From the NCBI GenBank assembly GCA_964016885.1, contig OZ024748.1, positions 47,368,001 to 47,432,000 on the forward strand: DNA of 64,000 nucleotides, read 5' to 3'. Source of the stretch: Eledone cirrhosa (taxonomy: Eukaryota). This document shows positions 59,535 to 64,000 of this stretch, piece by piece. The translations under genes and the position numbers were made by a program. Position 1 is the stretch's first letter; each line of letters begins with the position of its first letter. The notes under the pieces are model-generated. The model searched no databases and was not told the DNA's origin. It saw nothing but the letters and a program-made list of their open reading frames with translations.

Positions 59535-60276
59535 GAAAGATTTGAATGGATACAGTTTAGTTGAAAGGAATTTATTGACACGTGTTTCTATAACAGTTAC
59601 ATAACCTAAAACAGCTATCTACAAACTTTTAGTTATGCAGACATTCAATATTTCAATGTTATTATTTACTGTCATTTCATCAGAATAATATTACTGAGGA
59701 CCTATTTAGTTTTTATAGAGAATATTAGGAGGGAGGGGTGAAGTTGTTAGAAGAATAGTTGAAGGAGTGGTTTTTCGATAGCAGTGAGAATTCTTGGTGG
59801 CAGTGGGTAATTAGATTCCCATCTGTTGTTTTGACATTTTTTATGGAATATATTATTGGTTATTTTTCTAAATCTATAGAAGGATTAGAGATAGTAAAGA
59901 TATGCGTGGTTGGTTTTGTGTTTGCACTTAACATTCAGACTTAAATTTTTCTTTCAAGTGTACGTATTCTTTCACCCACGCATTCACACAAATATATTTG
60001 CACACCTCTACAAAATACATATACTCACAATTCACATATTCATACTTACATATATATACACATGCATACACATATATATACACACATGTATTCATGTACA
60101 TACATACGCGCTCATGTGTATACATTTTCATACTCAACTTATCTTTATATATACACACGTATAGACACACACATATATACATACATACTCTAGTCCATGT
60201 GTACACACATACGCATACATACACATCCACATACACATACATACACATATATATATATATATATATATACATACAC

Positions 60277-60341
<65 letters not shown>

Positions 60342-60898
60342 CCCACACACACACATATACACATACACACATATATATATATATATATAAGCACTTTAAT
60401 ACATGAATACACTTACATCTAACTATACACATCAAACATATATATATATTTACTTATTTATATACATTTTCACATATATATACATACTTATGGACGTTTT
60501 TAGACACATTCATTATCGCATATTTGTACCTATTCTCATCAGCATATCTTTTCATTATTAGTATGGTAATTTAAGGTTATTAATATATGTTGAGAAGAGA
60601 TTGTTTTTATATTTTTCTAACTAGATTAAGGTTTATATAGTTGGGGGATGTCCCTCTTTTATGTAATATTCGGCTTGTAGTGGGAAAAAAGGGTTTTAGT
60701 TCTGTGACGGCAGAATAATGTTCGTTCAATTCTGTTATTCAGCAGTTTCTTCTTGTGTGTGATTATGTAATAAATCTCAAGATTACACAATTTGCAGAAA
60801 TTTTGGCTCCTGGAAAAGCTTTGGGTTTTAGCTAATTTCTCCCATTTTAGGGTAAACTTTTGATTGCTATCCCTGAGCGTCCAAGCTTTTTCTGCTAA
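59535..60898 (-). mobile_element. Decayed PLE (Naiad-like) interrupted by microsatellite, with a 3' HHR
   Basis: Minus-strand remnants KEYVHLKEK..LEK.PIIYS..NLITHCHQEFSLLSKN, followed downstream by a complete HHR. (TA)n flanks. Confidence 0.55.
59572..59688 (-). ncRNA. Type I hammerhead motif with an 88-nt branched stem II
   Basis: Minus strand: ttatt CTGATGA a-atgacagt...actgttat-a GAAA cacgtg TC aataa. Confidence 0.72.
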
Positions 60899-60903
60899 AT
60901 ATA

Positions 60904-60991
<88 letters not shown>

Positions 60992-60996
60992 TATAT

Positions 60997-61186
60997 AACA
61001 AAGGAGTTATGCTAAGAAACCAGATGGACCATAACGCACCAGACTACTCAATACTTAGAGTAGTAGAGTGGTTAATAGGAAAATGTATGACCCCGACGAC
61101 AGAGCTGAAGCCGTTTCGACGGCTATTTCTGGACTAAATAACAGTCGAAATAGCCGTCGGGGTCATACATTTTCCTATTAACCACT
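60997..61186 (-). mobile_element. PLE-like family F1 fold-back copy
   Basis: Reverse complement of the F1 tail plus an inverted repeat agtggttaataggaaaatgtatgaccccgacg/cgtcggggtcatacattttcctattaaccact. Confidence 0.8.
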
Positions 61187-61460
61187 TAAACAATGTTTGA
61201 TGTATTTATTTTATTTTATATATACGTCAATCGATGTTTAATTGAATGCAATAAATGCCCGGATCTATCGCTTAGAATCTTCGAGCTTATTTACAGAGGG
61301 TATGGTGCATGTTTCACAGACATATGCTTAAAAAACAAGGAGCAACATTAAATCTTCCAACTAGAAACAACAGTCCCCCATGGCCTCAATACATGTCTCA
61401 ACATCATTTGATTCTGTCCTTCACGAAACTTTGCTCGCTCATCCTGTCTTATTGATTTTC

Positions 61461-61496
<36 letters not shown>

Positions 61497-61582
61497 GTAG
61501 GGCCCGGGTTGAGTCGGGGATAACCACAGTAAGTAAGGTACTCAATACATTGCAGAGTAAATTTTTTTTATTTTATAGAAGG

Positions 61583-61632
61583 AGCTTCTACAGGACTAGT
61601 ATGTTTCATTCAGATGAAATCTTCAGGAAGCT
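61583..61632 (-). ncRNA. Type I hammerhead motif (1-nt deletion in stem III)
   Basis: Reverse complement of 61685-61735 lacking one G. Confidence 0.65.
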
Positions 61633-61684
61633 GGGTGTCATATTAAGTTCTGGTATTCTAATACCAGAACTTAATATGACACCC

Positions 61685-61735
61685 AGCTTCCTGAAGATTT
61701 CATCTGAATGAAACAGTACTAGTCCTGTAGAAGCT
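61685..61735 (+). ncRNA. Type I hammerhead ribozyme motif
   Basis: agcttc CTGAAGA tttcatctgaat GAAA cag-tactagtc-ctg TA gaagct, with a 6-bp stem I, a GUA cleavage triplet and palindromic ACTAGT in loop III. Confidence 0.8.
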
Positions 61736-61750
61736 CCTTCTATAAAATAA

Positions 61751-61784
<34 letters not shown>

Positions 61785-61949
61785 TAAAGTTAGTCCTTCG
61801 TCAGTGCTCTTCCAACCATCATTGGTATTTCATCGCTTTAAAGACCATATACCTCCGGTTGGTACGAGCAACGGCTAAAGAAAGTCGTTGGGACACGTAA
61901 ATAAGGGGAACGAGCGAGAATGTAAACAAACAAAGATGGTAAAGCAACG

Positions 61950-61986
<37 letters not shown>

Positions 61987-62009
61987 ATATATATATATAT
62001 ATATATATA

Positions 62010-62789
62010 TACAAGTGGCCTGGCAAAGTCGACCTACAACAGGTATGAGTTAGCAAAGCACTCAATAAGGGTAGGTCCTTAGAGTAATAACATACCTTTA
62101 AATAGCTTGACCGATTGAACATTGCGGTAGGCAAAACCCAACCATACAATACCAAAGTAACGAAAGAACTACCAGGTTAAAATACAGACCGGGACAAATC
62201 AAACGATATACGTCTGAGGTGTTTCCATGAATTCGAAATCATTTATCCAACTTACGTAACACGCAAGCTTGTGGTATTCCATGATCGAACAGAGGATTCA
62301 TTTCATCAACAGGGAATACGTTCTGCCTCAAACTGGTGCGAACAAACTAAATGCCACCGCTATAGAAGGCAGCGTACGAACATTTCGTTGTCATGTGTTA
62401 TTTCCAACAAGGGAAGCAACCCCCGGTTTTTGGCGGGTAAATTCAAAGTGTTAACAAAGGAAATATTATAATTTCCGCTCAAACATTCTGAATAAAAGCT
62501 CGCAACCAGATGTAATTAAACAAACACAAATAATTAACCAATCAATAGGATTGTCTAATTAAATTAATTAGTTAATTATTAAATCTAGGAGAAAATAATA
62601 CAAGTGGAAGCTTAGTAAAATCGAAGTTTTGGCTGTAGCCAAGCACAGTCGACCTACAATAGGAATGAGTAGCAAAGCACTCAATAAGGGTAGGTCCTTA
62701 GAGTAATAACATACGTTTAAATATCTTGACAAATTAAACATTGCGGCAGGCAAAACCCAACCATACAATACCAAAGTAACGAAAGAACT

Positions 62790-62790
<1 letters not shown>
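62010..62790. repeat. Two tandem copies of the interspersed repeat also found at 48795-49163
   Basis: agtcgacctacaa..agcaaagcactcaataagggtaggtccttagagtaataacatac..ccaaagtaacgaaagaact occurs at 62027 and 62647. Confidence 0.8.
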
Positions 62791-62830
<40 letters not shown>

Positions 62831-63075
62831 AAACGAAAAATCAGTGATGCATCTGAACTCAATTTATTGTGTGTTACAATTGTTTCGTCGCCGGACAGCT
62901 CGAGACACGATCGTTGTGTAGAACTGTCTGATTCTGGATCTGCAGGTTCGACGGACACGTCTAATGATTTCAGAGCAAATTCTATCACGTTTTATATTAT
63001 ATCATATTCTGCTCTGTAAGAACATAGAGTGCTCAACCGGCATACAGCCTATGGAAGCATCTTAGCAACCATCAG

Positions 63076-63120
<45 letters not shown>

Positions 63121-63212
63121 ACAAGTATATATATATATATATATATATAACAAATATATATATATATAACAAGTATATATATATATATATATATATACAT
63201 ATATATAACAAG

Positions 63213-63246
<34 letters not shown>

Positions 63247-63250
63247 ACAA

Positions 63251-63295
<45 letters not shown>

Positions 63296-63300
63296 ACAAG

Positions 63301-63340
<40 letters not shown>

Positions 63341-63344
63341 ACAA

Positions 63345-63409
<65 letters not shown>

Positions 63410-63565
63410 CCTGTTATATATATATATATACTTGTTATATATATACATAGGATAACAAGTTATCGTTATAGGTAATCCTGTTAGAGATTGTGAGTACTCT
63501 GCGTCGTGCATAGTTTTAACTATGTGCATATTATATATATATGTATATGCATAGTATATATATGC

Positions 63566-63633
<68 letters not shown>

Positions 63634-63868
63634 AGTGTGTGTGTATGTATACATACATATGTATGTATGTGTATCTATTGACAGTTAATTTGCAGCAACT
63701 GTGAAATGAGTCCGTATGTTGCTGCCAACTAAACTCTCCAAGAAGATAATAGAAGTAGACAGGGTGTTGCGGAATGGTGGCTGGAATTCTTCGATTTGAG
63801 AATGCTAGAGAAATGTGTAAGCTCTATTTATACAATGGTCTCCACATTATGTAAGCCATATATATATT

Positions 63869-63919
<51 letters not shown>

Positions 63920-63920
63920 T

Positions 63921-63975
<55 letters not shown>

Positions 63976-64000
63976 TTATATATATACATATATATATATA

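Larger units (their letters stand above)
61497..61754 (-). mobile_element. Fold-back element (family I), about 95-bp arms, tail on the left
   Basis: Inverted repeat about 61564-61657/61660-61754, an HHR in each arm, and (TA)n flanks. Confidence 0.88.

Overview
AT-rich, microsatellite-saturated eukaryotic DNA, intronic or intergenic in character. The tRNA-derived SINE family and the (TA)n/(CA)n/(AGT)n load suggest an octopod cephalopod genome (inference). I could not support any host protein-coding gene, and nearly all ORF-track hits are translated simple repeats. The window holds about 15 tRNA-SINE copies or fragments, five Tx1/L1-type LINE fragments, an RTE 3' end, Tc1/mariner-type MITEs, several minisatellites and decayed Penelope-like element (PLE) ORFs, one with a Naiad-type CxCx5C + GIY-YIG endonuclease. 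The main signal is a dense population of at least 12 fold-back elements from several unrelated families, sitting in (TA)n tracts. Their arms carry type I hammerhead ribozymes (HHRs) that can be folded by eye: about 11 complete motifs on both strands plus several 3' halves. These include a U3-A8 compensatory-core variant, one with an 88-nt branched stem II, and one copy that starts exactly at the predicted self-cleavage site. Four families share a TYGAGTRCY motif in the unpaired tail.
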